A stretch of DNA of 64,000 nt from an uncultured Alphaproteobacteria bacterium (GCA_963761475.1 CAVXGT010000019.1:162494-226493), one strand, 5' to 3'. Counted from the stretch's first letter, positions 48,386-59,920 are shown. The notes: a model not told the origin generated them from the letters alone. Made by a program: numbers and translations.

Positions 48386-50212
48386 TTAGACCGCCTCGGC
48401 CTCGCTCTTCCTCTCCATCTTCTTGCGGACGTGGGGGTCGAGCCAGCGTTTGCGCAAGCGGATGGAGGATGGCGTGATTTCGACCAGCTCATCGTCCTGA
48501 ATGTAGCTCATGGCCCGCTCCAGCGTCATGCGGAGCGGCGGGGTGAGGATCAAGGCTTCGTCCTTGCCGGAGGCGCGAACGTTGGTCAGCTTCTTGCCCT
48601 GGACGACGTTGACGACGAGGTCGTTGTCGCGGCTGTGCTCGCCGACGATCATGCCCTCGTAAACCTTGGTTTGCGGGTCGATCATCAAATGACCGCGCTC
48701 CTGCAGATAGAACAGCGAATAGGCGGTTGCGTCTCCGGGACCGTTGGCGATCAGCACGCCGTTGCGCCGGCCGGGTATCTCGCCCTTGAACGCCACATAC
48801 TCGTGAAAGAGGCGGTTCATCACGGCAGTTCCGCGCGTATCGGTCAGGAGCTCGCCCTGGTAGCCGATCAGTCCGCGCGTTGGCACATAGAACACGAGGC
48901 GCGTGCGCCCGCCGCCCGACGGGCGCATCTCTCGCAACTCTCCCTTACGCTCCGACAGCTTCTGGACGACGATGCCCGAGTGATCCTCGTCGACGTCGAT
49001 GATCACCTCCTCGACCGGCTCGAGGCGTTGCCCACTCGCCTCGTCGATCTTGGCGACAATCTGGGGACGCGAGACGGTCAGCTCGAAGCCTTCGCGGCGC
49101 ATGTTCTCGATCAAGATGCCGAGCTGCAACTCGCCGCGCCCTGCCACTTCGAAGCTGTCCTTGTCGGCATTCTCACGCACGCGAATCGCCACGTTGCGCT
49201 CGAGTTCCTTCATCAGCCGGTCGCGGATGACACGGCTCTGCACCTTGTCGCCCTCAAGGCCTGCGAAGGGGCCGTCATTGATACGGAAATTCATGGCCAG
49301 CGTCGGCGGATCGATCGGCTGGGCCTCGAGCGGTGTCTCGATCGTGGGATCGCACAACGTGTCGGCAACAGTCGCTTCCGTGACGCCGGCGATGGCGACG
49401 ATGTCACCGGCTTCCGCCAGATCCACGGCGGTCCGCTCCAGACCACGAAATGCCAGGACTTTCGTCACGCGTGTGTTCTCGATCAGCTTTCCGTCGCGCG
49501 AGATGGCCTTGATCTGCTGGTTCGGCTTGACGCTGCCCGACCAGATGCGGCCGGTCAGAATGCGGCCGAGAAACGGATCGGCCTCCAGCGTCGTCGCCAG
49601 CATGGTGAAGGCGCCGTCATGCACGGTCGGTGCAGGTACATGGCGCACGATCAGCTCGAACAGCGGAGTAAGATCGCCCTGTGGGCCTTCCGGTGCATCG
49701 GCCATCCAGCCGTCGCGACCAGAGCCGTAGACGACGGGAAAATCGAGCTGCTCGTCGGTGGCGTCGAGCGAAGCGAACAGATCGAAAATCTCGTTCAGAA
49801 CGGCGTCGTGGCGTTCGTCCGGGCGATCGATCTTGTTGATCGCCACAATCGGGCGCATCCCCTGCTTCAGCGCCTTGGAGACGACGAACTTGGTCTGCGG
49901 CAGAGGGCCTTCGGAGGCATCGACCAGCACGACCACGCCATCGACCATGTTCAGGATGCGTTCCACCTCGCCACCAAAGTCGGCGTGGCCGGGCGTGTCG
50001 ACAATGTTGATACGGGTGTCCCGCCACAGGATGGAGGTGCACTTGGCCAGGATGGTGATGCCACGCTCACGCTCCAAGTCATTGGAGTCCATGGCCTGAC
50101 TGTCGACTTTCTGGTTCTCACGGAAGGCGCCCGACTGCTTCAGGAGCGCGTCGACGAGGGTGGTCTTGCCGTGGTCGACGTGGGCGATAATGGCGATGTT
50201 ACGAAGTTTCAT
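48386..50212 (-). CDS. typA: Translational GTPase TypA/BipA
   Basis: [25 protein letters not shown]1 motif, [12 protein letters not shown]. About 608 aa. The ORF extends to 50284. Confidence 0.95.
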   Translation of the reverse strand: MKLRNIAIIAHVDHGKTTLVDALLKQSGAFRENQKVDSQAMDSNDLERERGITILAKCTSILWRDTRINIVDTPGHADFGGEVERILNMVDGVVVLVDASEGPLPQTKFVVSKALKQGMRPIVAINKIDRPDERHDAVLNEIFDLFASLDATDEQLDFPVVYGSGRDGWMADAPEGPQGDLTPLFELIVRHVPAPTVHDGAFTMLATTLEADPFLGRILTGRIWSGSVKPNQQIKAISRDGKLIENTRVTKVLAFRGLERTAVDLAEAGDIVAIAGVTEATVADTLCDPTIETPLEAQPIDPPTLAMNFRINDGPFAGLEGDKVQSRVIRDRLMKELERNVAIRVRENADKDSFEVAGRGELQLGILIENMRREGFELTVSRPQIVAKIDEASGQRLEPVEEVIIDVDEDHSGIVVQKLSERKGELREMRPSGGGRTRLVFYVPTRGLIGYQGELLTDTRGTAVMNRLFHEYVAFKGEIPGRRNGVLIANGPGDATAYSLFYLQERGHLMIDPQTKVYEGMIVGEHSRDNDLVVNVVQGKKLTNVRASGKDEALILTPPLRMTLERAMSYIQDDELVEITPSSIRLRKRWLDPHVRKKMERKSEAEAV

Positions 50213-50558
50213 GGGTGTCCTGCTGGACGTTCCGGCTGGGGCCGGCCAAACGGGCCGGCGCGCGCGCGTTGTGCGGCGCATCATAAAAGCTCGCGGCGGC
50301 GTAGCACATTCAAGGCGGGGCCGCCAGATGCCGTTGGTGCCGCCGGACTAGGTTCATTCATAACACATCGCGCGACTGAGCGCGGGAAAGCTCGGTCAGG
50401 CCGCCGGCTGGGCGGTCGGTGAGGGTCCAGTGGCGTGGCGAGGAATTGCGAAACGGCAGGGCGCCACTGGAGGTGGTCGGCAGTGTGTGAGATGCAACTT
50501 GCACACCTCTTGCAATCGGGACCTCAGGAGTTAACGGCGTGTCCCGGATCGGGACAGC

Positions 50559-51110
50559 ATGGCGACGCAAGGAAATGGCATGTTCGAGCGCAACAGGGTC
50601 GAAGCCGCGGATCACAACGGCGTGCCGGTCGAGATTTCGACCACGGACGGCGAGATTGTCGGCGGGCGGGTCATGATCCCACTTGGTCGGACGTTCAGCG
50701 ATGCGCTCAATGGGCCGGCCGCTTTCGTCGAATTCGAGCCATGGGGCGGGGAGCGGGCTTTCCTGGCTAAGTCGACCATTCGCAACGTCAAGCTTATCAA
50801 TGTGGCGAAACCTGAGAATCTGGCCGCCCGCGCCCGTTCGCTCGATGGCTTCGATCCCCACGCCGTGCTCGGCATACCTGCAAGCGCTACGCTCGCCGAG
50901 GCCAAGGCCCAGTGGCACAAGCTTTCCAAGATCTATCATCCCGACCGCTTTGCGACGGCCGAATTGCCGGCCGAAGTGACGGCTTACATTTCCGCGATGG
51001 CGCAGCGGGTCAACGCCGCCTATTCGGCAATCGAGGGCCCCTACCTGCTCAGCCGCAAGGCTGCAGCGATGCGGCAGGCGCCAGTCTACAAGTCGCGCCA
51101 GCGGGTGTGA
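50559..51110 (+). CDS. J-domain (DnaJ-like) protein with uncharacterised N-terminal domain
   Basis: C-terminal J domain DPHAVLGIPASATLAEAKAQWHKLSKIYHPDRF (HPD motif). Confidence 0.6.
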   Translation: MATQGNGMFERNRVEAADHNGVPVEISTTDGEIVGGRVMIPLGRTFSDALNGPAAFVEFEPWGGERAFLAKSTIRNVKLINVAKPENLAARARSLDGFDPHAVLGIPASATLAEAKAQWHKLSKIYHPDRFATAELPAEVTAYISAMAQRVNAAYSAIEGPYLLSRKAAAMRQAPVYKSRQRV

Positions 51111-51556
51111 TTCGCATTTGATTACTGGCGCACGTGCCCGCGCGCCTTCGGCTCATGCAACATTCCGGCAGGTATGAAGCTCCGGACTGAATACGCCTCT
51201 CATATTGCTCCGCCATAAGTCGGATGACGGCGTGATGGTTTCGCTGGACGCTGTGAATCTGGACGGCAATTCCGCCTGGTTGAGGCTCGCCGGCACCTGA
51301 CCGGCACGGCGGCTGCCGACGGAGGCTTCTACGCACCGGTCGCGTCTGCACCGAACGCACTTTGCGTTTCGGGAGGCACAAGAAATAACATTAGCCTATT
51401 GTAGCGCAACCGACGTTGGCACCCAGGTTTGGGCTGGCGTCGGGGCCAAATTTCAGAACCGGAACGCTCGTGTAGCATCATGTCTGGAAGTCCGCCAAGG
51501 GCGCCAGCGGAGCGCATGCAGCGGAGGCCCGAACCGTTACGCCAGGGAGCTCATCC

Positions 51557-54032
51557 ATGCAGGAACTGCCGCGCCATGCGCGTGTCGTCATCATCGGCGG
51601 CGGCGTTGCCGGCTGCTCGGTCGCCTATCATCTGGCAAAGCTCGGATGGCGGGACGTGGTGCTGCTCGAGCGCAAGCAGCTGACGTCGGGCACGACGTGG
51701 CACGCGGCGGGGTTGATTGCGCAGTTGCGGGCGACTGCCAACATGACCCGGCTGGCCAAATACAGCCAGGAGCTCTACGGATCGCTGGAAGCCGAAACCG
51801 GCATTGCCACAGGTTTCAAGCGCAACGGATCGCTGACGGTGGCGTTGACGCAGGAGCGCTTCGAGGAGCTCAAGCGCAGCGCTTCGATGGCCCGTGCCTA
51901 CGATGTCGAGATCGAGGTGATCGGCGAGGCGGAGGTGCGACGGCGCCACCCGCTGCTCAATACGAAAGGCGTGGTTGGCGCGGTCCATCTGCCACGGGAC
52001 GGTCAGGGGGATCCAGGCAACATCGCACTGGCAATGGCGCGGGGTGCGCGCAACGGGGGGGCGCGCATCTTCGAGAACGTCAAGGTCGTGGGCATCGAGC
52101 GCTCTGGCGGGCGGGTCACGGGGGTGCGAACCGAGCAGGGTGTGATCGGTGCCGAGGTGGTGGTCAACTGCGCGGGCATGTGGGGGCGGGAGGTTGGGCG
52201 CATGGCAGGCATCGGTCTGCCGCTCCAGGCCTGCGAGCACTTCTACATCGTGAGCGAACCTGATCCGGAAGTGGTGCGCAACCTGCCGGTGCTGAGGGTT
52301 CCCGACGAGTGTGCCTACTACAAGGAGGATGCCGGCAAGATCATGCTCGGGGCGTTCGAGCTCGAGGCCAAGGTGTGGGGGGCGGACGGCATTCCAGAGG
52401 ATTTCTGCTTCGACCAGTTGCCGGAGGATGTGGAGCATTTCGCACCCATTCTCGAGATGGCCGTGCAGCGCATGCCGCTGCTCGGGCGGATCGGCATTCA
52501 TACCTTCTTCAATGGGCCTGAAAGCTTCACGCACGACAACCGCTACCTGCTTGGCGAGGCGCCGGGGCTCGCGAACTTCTTTGTCGCCTGCGGGTTCAAC
52601 TCGGTCGGGATCCAGTCGGCGGGCGGTGCGGGTATGGCGCTGGCGCAATGGATCGTGGACGGTCATCCGCCGTTCGATCTTTGGGATGTCGATGTGCGCC
52701 GCGTCGTGCCCTACCAGGCAGGGCGGACCTTCATCGAGACGCGCGTGGGGGAGACGCTCGGGCTACTTTATGCCGACCACTTTCCCTATCGCCAGTATGC
52801 GACGGCGCGGGGGGTGCGGCGGACGCCTGTGCACGACATCATGAAGGCACTCGGCGCCTGCTTCGGGGAGACGGCGGGTTGGGAGCGGCCGCACTGGTTC
52901 CTGCCGGCGGAGGCGGCTGCGCGCGGAGAGACAGCGACCTACCGCTATTCGTGGAAGCGGCAGAACTGGTTCGACTACAGTGCTAGAGAGCATCGCGCGG
53001 TGCGCGAGGGCGTCGGTCTCATCGACATGAGCGCGTTCGGCAAGATTCCGTGTCGAAGGTGGGGACAGCGAGGCCGTGCTGCAGCGACTTTGCGCCAATG
53101 ACGTGGCGGTGGAGCCCGGGAGAATTGTCTATACGCAGTGGCTGAATGATCGGGGCGGCATCGAGGCGGATGTCACCATCACGCGGTTCTCGGAGACATC
53201 TTACCTGGTGGTGACATCGGCGGCTACGACGGTGCGCGATCTTGCCTGGCTCAGGCGGCATATCCCGGACGAGGCCAGGTGTGTGGCCATCGATGTGACC
53301 AGCGGTGAAGCCTGTCTTGCCGTGATGGGTCCGAAGTCGCGCGACCTGATGGCGGCTGTGACGCGGGCGGATCTTTCAAACGCGGCCTTGCCGTTCGGCA
53401 GTTGCCGGGAGATCGAGGTCGGCATGGCGCCGGTGCGGGCGCACCGGATCAGCTATGTGGGTGAGCTTGGCCTCGAACTCTATGTGGCGGCGGAATTCGC
53501 GCAGCATGTGATGGAGACCTTGCTCGCCGCCGGCAGAGCGCATGGGCTGAGCCTAGTCGGCTTGCATGCGATGGACTCGCTTCGGCTCGAAAAGGCCTAC
53601 CGGCACTTCGGTCATGACATCACGGATGAGGATCACGTGCTCGAGGCGGGGCTCGGGTTTGCCGTGAAGGTCGACAAGGCTGCGGGCAAATTCGGCGGCT
53701 TCATTGGGCGGGAGGCGGTGATTTCCAAGCGGGCGCAGGGGGTGGCGCGCCATCTGTTGCAGTTCAAGCTCGCCGATCCCGGGCCGCTGCTCTACCACGC
53801 CGAGCCCATTCTGTCGGGTGGCAAGCCGGTTGGATACCTGACCTCGGGCGCCTACGGCCATACGCTCGGCGCGGCCGTCGGGCTCGGCTATGTGTCGTGT
53901 GCCCCCGGCCAGACAGCGCAAGAGGTGGCGGCTGCCGGTCGGTTCGAGATCGAGGTGGCGGGCGATCGCATCCCGGCGGTTGCCAGCGCCCGGGCCTTCT
54001 ACGACCCGAACAGCGCGCTCATGCGGGGATGA
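51557..54032 (+). pseudogene. Dimethylglycine/sarcosine-dehydrogenase-like FAD oxidoreductase fused to GcvT (aminomethyltransferase) domain, interrupted by a +1 frameshift near 53045
   Basis: DAO domain VVIIGGGVAGCSVAYHLA... in ORF 51557..53101. GcvT-like C-terminal domain in ORF 53076..54032. Removing the 'a' in 'aagattccg' gives ...SAFGKFRVEGRDSEAVLQRLCANDV.... Confidence 0.8.
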
Positions 54033-54059
54033 CGATCTGCCGGCGGCGGAGCGAGGGGC

Positions 54060-54716
54060 TCAGACGATCTTCTGGCCAGTCTTCTTCCAATCGGCCAGGA
54101 AGGCTTCGAGGCCCTTGTCGGTCAGTGGGTGCTTGACCAGCGCCTTGAGGATAGCGGGCGGTACCGTTGCCACATCGGCACCGATGATGGCGGCATCGCG
54201 CACGTGGTTCACGGTGCGGATCGAGGCGGCCAGGATCTTGGTCTCGAGGTCGGGGTAGTTGTCGTAAATGGTGCGGATCTCGCGAATGAGCTCCATGCCA
54301 TCGAGGCCGATGTCGTCGAGGCGACCGATGAATGGCGAAACGTAGGTGGCACCGGCCTTGGCGGCCAGCAGGGCCTGATTGGCCGAGAAACACAGCGTTA
54401 CGTTGACCATGGTGCCTTCGTCCGTCAGGGCGCGGCAGGCCTTCAGGCCATCCCAGGTCAGCGGTACCTTGACGGCAACATTGGAGGCGATCTGGGCGAG
54501 TGTGCGGCCCTCGGTCAGCATGCCTTCGGCGTCGGTAGCGGCGACCTCGGCGGAGACCGGGCCGTCCACCAGTTCGCAAATCTCGGCGATGATCGTCTTG
54601 AAGTCACGGCCGGCCTTGGCGATCAGGGACGGATTGGTGGTCACGCCGTCGAGGAGGCCCAGGGATGCGAGCTCGCGAGATCTCGGCAATGTCAGCCGTG
54701 TCGACGAAGAAATCCA
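54060..54716 (-). pseudogene. tal: Transaldolase (short TalC/Fsa-type, about 217 aa) with a +1 frameshift at codon about 13 (near 54678)
   Basis: The ORF body reads ...[18 protein letters not shown]...; the true ATG ([13 protein letters not shown]...) is in another frame at about 54714. Deleting one t restores [24 protein letters not shown]. Confidence 0.8.
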
Positions 54717-55022
54717 TGGTCTGCTTTCCCCCCTAATTGAGGTCGTTTGACGGGCCTGCGGGACGACCCCGCCTTAAGAGTCTCGTTAAGGCGTGCGCCC
54801 CCGCTTTTGCAACCAGATTCGCGATTGGTGGCGCTGTTAACCTCACCACGCGGCCAATTCAGCCGGCCGTCCGACGTGGCGGAGCCCGATTATTCAGGGG
54901 TCTGTCGCTTTGCGTGCCAAATTGCGACTGACCTTAATCCTTTTTTTAAGCCGAAGCCCGAAACTGGACTCAAGTTTGGGATCGTTACGCGCGGAGGGCA
55001 ATCCGCGCATCAGGAGTGGTCG

Positions 55023-55934
55023 ATGATCGGATTTGCTTTTGTTGGATCTGGAAGCCTGCCCGCCTCACATTTGGTGAAGCAGGCGGCGAAAGTCGGTGCG
55101 GTGGCGCTGACGCTGAGCCTTGGGGCTTGTGCACAGGGCAACAACCTCGACCTCGGCCTGCTGGGCGACGAACAAAAATCGGTCGATATCGCCACCGCCA
55201 GCACCGGGCCACAAACCCAGGCTGAGCTGCAGAAGGCGACGGAGTATTGGGGTAAGAAGAGCGCGGAGAATCCCCGCGATGGCAAGGCGGCCTTGAACTA
55301 TGCCCGCAACCTGAAGGCCCTCGGGCGCAAGAAGATGGCGTTCAGCACGCTCCAGGGCGCATACATGTTCAATTCATCCGACCGTGAGTTCCTCAGCGAA
55401 TATGGTCGGCTGGCGCTCGAATATGGGCAGGTGTCAACGGCGGATGCGCTGCTGACGCGGGCCGATGATCCTGCAAAGCCGGACTGGCGCGTGATCTCGG
55501 CACGCGGCACCGTTCGCGCCAAGCAGGGCCGTTACAAGGAAGCGATCGAGTACTTCGAGCGGGCTCGCTCCATCGAGCCGCAGCGCGCTTCCCTCGCCAA
55601 CAATCTGGCGATGGCCTACACGATGAACGGGGAAGCCGAGCGGGGCGAGCGGCTGCTGCTTGAAGCCAAGCAAATGGGCTCGCAGGACGAGCGTATCGAC
55701 CAGAACCTCGCGCTGGTGATGGATCTGCAGGGCAAGAAGGCTTCGGCAGGGCCGGTTCTGGCCGATGCCGGCGCGCTCCCCTTGAAGCCGTCGCAGGGCT
55801 TCGCGCACGGCGCAGTTGCCAAGTCGGCGCTGCCGCCGCCGGTGGTGAATGTCAGCGCCAGTGGATCGATGGATGCGGACGCCGTCATCCGGGCTGCGAT
55901 GGAAGCCGATCAGGCACGCGGCGCAAAGCGCTGA
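55023..55934 (+). CDS. TPR-repeat lipoprotein
   Basis: Signal peptide plus lipobox LTLSLGAC, then TPR repeats (…ALNYARNLKALGRKKMAF…, …EAIEYFERARSIEPQ…). The ORF extends to 54747. Confidence 0.55.
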   Translation: MIGFAFVGSGSLPASHLVKQAAKVGAVALTLSLGACAQGNNLDLGLLGDEQKSVDIATASTGPQTQAELQKATEYWGKKSAENPRDGKAALNYARNLKALGRKKMAFSTLQGAYMFNSSDREFLSEYGRLALEYGQVSTADALLTRADDPAKPDWRVISARGTVRAKQGRYKEAIEYFERARSIEPQRASLANNLAMAYTMNGEAERGERLLLEAKQMGSQDERIDQNLALVMDLQGKKASAGPVLADAGALPLKPSQGFAHGAVAKSALPPPVVNVSASGSMDADAVIRAAMEADQARGAKR

Positions 55935-56030
55935 TGCGGCGAGCGAAGAGATAGGGTGGGGGAACTCGCCCGGTAGGACAAGAAGGCCCGCTGCAGCGCT
56001 TCATGCGCGTCGGAGCGGGCCTTCTTCTTT

Positions 56031-57296
56031 TCAAAACTCGCCGGCAACTCCCAGGATCGTCGTCATTTCCTCGCGCGTGAGGCCGCCGTGATGGCCATTG
56101 AGGCGATTGGTGATGAGGCCGGCCTCGTGCCACCAAACGAATGATCCCTGGTGAGGCAAGACCAGCACGTCGCCGAGGCGGTCCCGCATTTCCGCAGATA
56201 ACGGCGCTGCACCGAAGAGGCCCGCGGCCTCGGCCGTTGCCATGGTGATGACATCGGCCCTGCCGGCAAGGCCCTGCTGGAGCAGGGCCAGAGCCTCAGC
56301 GCGGCGCTCAGGGGCGAAGTGGAGGAACATGTCGCGCGGGCTGCCGCAAGGCCACAGAGGCTTTCCGGTCGCGCCGGTTGTGAGCCAATCGCGCAGGACG
56401 GGCCAGAGCTGGTTGATGAACACGGTCTCTTCTGCCGGGACGGCGATGTGGCCGTGGTCGGCGGTGAACAGCCACAGCGTTCGCTTTGGCTGGCGGCGTC
56501 CCATCAGGGCATCGAGTGCGGCCCAGAATGCGAGACACTCGGCGTCGTGGACGGGGGAACCGGGGCCGTGAATGTGGGCTGCGGTATCGAGGCCCGCCCA
56601 ATAGAAGTTCACGAAGGCTTTGCCGGGCGTTTCATTGATGGCGTCGTCGAGGTGGACGAGGGCTTCGGCCAGGGTGGTGTAGGGGCGGATCTCGGCGCCT
56701 GCGGAGGCGAGCCGGTTATAGGGCGAGTTCGCGTAGGAGCGCGAGGCGATCTGGATCGAGGCGACACCGTGACGAGCTAGGCGCTGGTGGGCTGTTTCGT
56801 GCACCAGGAACATGGCTGAGGGATCGAAGCCCCTGCTCGCGGCGGATCCCGGCGCCTCTCCAAGGAGGGAGAAGGGGAGGGATTGGATGACCTCGGCGTA
56901 GGCGGGAACGAACATGTTCCATTCGTAGATCCCGTGGCGGGCCGGAGGGACCGCCAGGTTCAGGGTGGTGACGGATGCGGACGTGGTGGAGGGAAAGAGG
57001 GCCGAAATGGGCGTGAGCACGCCATTGTCGGCGACGCTTCGCATGATACGAGAGCTGTCGGCCATTCGTTGCCAGAATTGCCAGCCGAAACTGTCGACGA
57101 AGACCAGGACGATCTTCTCGGGCGCGGGGTAGCTGCCCCCGAAACAATCGGGTGCGAGCAGGCCGCCACGGGCCTCGCCGGTCAGAAGATAGTGGACGGT
57201 GTCGGGGATCAGGGCGAAGGAATAGTCATCATGGATGGGCTTGACCATGCCGGTGCCGAACGGTTCGAAGAGGGAAAGCGTGTGGTCGTTGATCAT
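56031..57296 (-). CDS. Alkaline-phosphatase-superfamily protein (type I phosphodiesterase / nucleotide pyrophosphatase family)
   Basis: About 421 aa, with metal-ligand motifs of the AP/NPP family (…VFVDSFGW…, …FTADHGH…). The ORF extends to 57362. Confidence 0.65.
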   Translation of the reverse strand: MINDHTLSLFEPFGTGMVKPIHDDYSFALIPDTVHYLLTGEARGGLLAPDCFGGSYPAPEKIVLVFVDSFGWQFWQRMADSSRIMRSVADNGVLTPISALFPSTTSASVTTLNLAVPPARHGIYEWNMFVPAYAEVIQSLPFSLLGEAPGSAASRGFDPSAMFLVHETAHQRLARHGVASIQIASRSYANSPYNRLASAGAEIRPYTTLAEALVHLDDAINETPGKAFVNFYWAGLDTAAHIHGPGSPVHDAECLAFWAALDALMGRRQPKRTLWLFTADHGHIAVPAEETVFINQLWPVLRDWLTTGATGKPLWPCGSPRDMFLHFAPERRAEALALLQQGLAGRADVITMATAEAAGLFGAAPLSAEMRDRLGDVLVLPHQGSFVWWHEAGLITNRLNGHHGGLTREEMTTILGVAGEF

Positions 57297-57502
57297 GTCA
57301 GCTGGCTTTCCGTGCGGCGGGTTGCCCGTTCTAGTCTCATGCGGGCTTCGGGGCTCCCACATCCCGACAACTGTGCTAATGAGACCTTATCATCTACCTG
57401 CAGGTGTCGCGGTGTTGCGGGCCCGTATTCAGTCGGAGCGCCGGCGGAGGGCTCCGCAAGCGGCGGGCACTCAGCCCGGGAAACTCTCGAAAGCACCATA
57501 CA

Positions 57503-57832
57503 ATGACCAACAAAGCTCCCAAGGATTGCGCTGATCTCTCCGATGTCCGGGTCGAGATCGACCGCTGCGACAAGGCACTGGTCGATCTTATCGCCGAGCG
57601 GTTCGGCTATGTCGAGCGCGCCTGGCAAATCAAGCTTGGCCTCGGGCAGGAAGCCAATGTGCCGTGGCGAAACCAACAGGTGTTCGACAAGGTCAGGGAG
57701 CGGGCGGAAATGCGCGGCATCTCGCCGGATCTTTGCGAAGCGCTGTGGCGGCAGATGGTCGGCTGGTTCATCCAGTACGAAGAAGAAAAGCTCCGGCCCG
57801 AGATCGAAGAACGGGCGAGCAAGAAGGATTGA
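57503..57832 (+). CDS. Chorismate mutase (AroQ class)
   Basis: 109 aa; …LSDVRVEIDRCDKALVDLIAERFGYV…; AroQ helical-bundle pattern. The ORF extends to 57404. Confidence 0.7.
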   Translation: MTNKAPKDCADLSDVRVEIDRCDKALVDLIAERFGYVERAWQIKLGLGQEANVPWRNQQVFDKVRERAEMRGISPDLCEALWRQMVGWFIQYEEEKLRPEIEERASKKD

Positions 57833-57888
57833 GCAGTCTTAATCCGCGACGCAGCGAGGCCATATGGCCTGGGTACCCGGAGCGCGCG

Positions 57889-58175
57889 CATGCCGCCTGA
57901 TTTTGCCGACGTCCTGCTGCTCTCGGCCCTAAATCCGGCCGCGATTGCCGTTGGCTACGTTCTCGGCCGCAAGGCCGACCAGGTGCAGAAGCTGGCGTTG
58001 GCGCCGTTCGTTGCCGGCATCGCGGGCATGGTGTTCGTGTGGATCCTGATGCGCACGGGAACTCTATGAACCCAAGATCAGGCTGCTCGTCGGCGTCTTT
58101 GTCGCCTCGGGGTTGCTCGGCACGGCTTGGGCGGGGCTCGGCTACGTGGTCAAGGGATGGCTCGAGAAGTCCTGA
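57889..58175 (+). pseudogene. Small membrane protein (about 95 aa) split by a frameshift near 58065. It is not in the ORF track because each piece is under 60 aa
   Basis: ATG 57889 after a GGAG. It reads MPPDFADVLLLSALNPAAIAVGYVLGRKADQVQKLALAPFVAGIAGMVFVWILMRTG... and continues in another frame as ...EPKIRLLVGVFVASGLLGTAWAGLGYVVKGWLEKS*. Confidence 0.3.
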
Positions 58176-58208
58176 AGACGTAGGGCTGGCTGGCGTAGCG
58201 AGGGTGGT

Positions 58209-58535
58209 ATGTCGATGGCAAAGCAAGCAATGGCATTTGGGTTCCCCAGGCGTAAGCGGCTTCCCGTATCGGTGTTTGGCGCAACGCTGGCGGGCGTGCT
58301 CATAGCCATGAGCGGCGGCATCGGACTGGCGCAGGACACCAACCCCAAGGCCGAGCGTCAGCAGCCTGCGCCGCACCGCGCGGCACCACCAACGGGTCGG
58401 CCTCAGGAGGGCGGCGCGTCGGAGCCTCGCGCGCGCTCGGACGACAAGTCTCGGCCCGACGCCGACCAACCGCCCCGCGCGCAGCCGCATGGGGGGTGTC
58501 GCTATCGGGAGCAAACGTTGGAACTCATCGTTTGA
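58209..58535 (+). CDS. Hypothetical secreted Pro/Arg-rich protein
   Basis: Signal peptide (…VFGATLAGVLIAMSGGIGLAQD), then a low-complexity tail. Weak call. Confidence 0.3.
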   Translation: MSMAKQAMAFGFPRRKRLPVSVFGATLAGVLIAMSGGIGLAQDTNPKAERQQPAPHRAAPPTGRPQEGGASEPRARSDDKSRPDADQPPRAQPHGGCRYREQTLELIV

Positions 58536-58618
58536 TGTTCGGCGCGGCGTGAAGCTGGTTCAACCCTCTGTCGGGTGACGTCCGCCTTGCCGAGCACGGG
58601 CCGGTTATGACCGAGCTG

Positions 58619-59746
58619 TCACTCTTTCGCTTGTGCCGAACGGGGGCGGGGAACCGGCCTTGCCGCCTTGCGGGGGGGTGGCGGCTTTTTCCTGGTCGTC
58701 GAACCGGTTACGGCGGGTTTGGTGGCCGGGGAGGAGGCCGTTGCGGCGCGGGGCGACAGGGCTGGCTTCGCTCTCGCCATGGGGGACGATTTGCGCTTGG
58801 TTTTGCGACGGACCGCGCGGCGCGGGGGCTTGCGGGGGTTGCAATTCCAGGCGGTCACGCTTTTACGGATGCTGGACACGGCCTTGGCGTTGGGATCGCG
58901 CGGCAGGGAGTTGATGGTTGGGACGCCGAAAACCATCTTCCAGGGCGATGTCGAGAAGCCGTGCTCGAGCAGGCTCGCGGCGCGGATCGTGCGATCCTTG
59001 CCGGACGGCTCGCCCAGGACGACGGCGATCAACCGGCGACCGTCGCGGGTGGCGCTGGCAACGATATTGAAGCCTGAGTTGCAAATGAAGCCGGTCTTGA
59101 TGCCGTCGGCGCCATCGAACTTTTTGAGTAGGCCATTGTGCGAGCGCAGGCGCTTGTTGCCGAGCGTGATCTCCTTGATGGTCCACAGATCATGATGCTC
59201 AGGGAATTTGATCATCACGGCGCGGGCAAGCCGGGCAAGATCGCGCGCCGACGTCACTTGGCCTGGATCCGGCAAGCCATGGGGGTTCACGAAGTGGGTG
59301 CTGGTCATGGCAAGCCTGCGCGCCGTGTCGTTCATGCGCTTGGCAAAACCCTCGACCGAACCGCCGATCTTTTCCGCCAGCATCACGGCCACGTCGTTGG
59401 CTGATTTGACGATCAGGATACGGATCGCAAGATCGACGGTGATCTCGCCGCCGACGGGTAGACCGAGTTTGCTCGGGGGTTCCTTATGCGCGCGCTCGCT
59501 GACCTCGACGGTGTCGGTGAGTTTGAGGCGGCCGGCCTTCAACTCTTCGAACACGATGTAGGCGGTCATGATCTTGGTGAGCGAGGCGGGGTACCACTTG
59601 TGGTCCTGGTCGTCGGCGTAAAGGACCTTGCCGCTGGCAGCGTCGACGAGCATCAACGGGCCCGAGCGGGCCGGCAGCACGGCTACTGCGCACAGCATCG
59701 TCATGCTGGCGAGCAGCGTCATTGCGGCCTTGGCGCATTGTAACAT
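58619..59746 (-). CDS. dacC: D-alanyl-D-alanine carboxypeptidase (PBP5/6-type, DacC/DacF-like)
   Basis: SxxK (ASLTKIM), SxN (SAND), KTG (KTGF) motifs; signal peptide; basic Pro/Lys-rich C-terminal tail. Confidence 0.8.
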   Translation of the reverse strand: MLQCAKAAMTLLASMTMLCAVAVLPARSGPLMLVDAASGKVLYADDQDHKWYPASLTKIMTAYIVFEELKAGRLKLTDTVEVSERAHKEPPSKLGLPVGGEITVDLAIRILIVKSANDVAVMLAEKIGGSVEGFAKRMNDTARRLAMTSTHFVNPHGLPDPGQVTSARDLARLARAVMIKFPEHHDLWTIKEITLGNKRLRSHNGLLKKFDGADGIKTGFICNSGFNIVASATRDGRRLIAVVLGEPSGKDRTIRAASLLEHGFSTSPWKMVFGVPTINSLPRDPNAKAVSSIRKSVTAWNCNPRKPPRRAVRRKTKRKSSPMARAKPALSPRAATASSPATKPAVTGSTTRKKPPPPRKAARPVPRPRSAQAKE

Positions 59747-59920
59747 CGCGTCGGTTCCCTCGGGCACTCCCACTGGCCCTGCGATCGATTGCCCACGTAA
59801 AGTTCATCACCGTCCAAATGGCAAGGGGCGGATTGTAGCGATGGGAAAATTAGGCAGATCGGTCAGTGACGGTTCCCCAAGTGCAACACCTCGCGTATGC
59901 GGCATCGCGTTTGATGATCG

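Noticed and set aside
48239-50422. 727-aa plus-strand ORF opposite typA
   Set aside because: Antisense to an unmistakable TypA/BipA. Low-complexity Arg/Ala/Asp composition.
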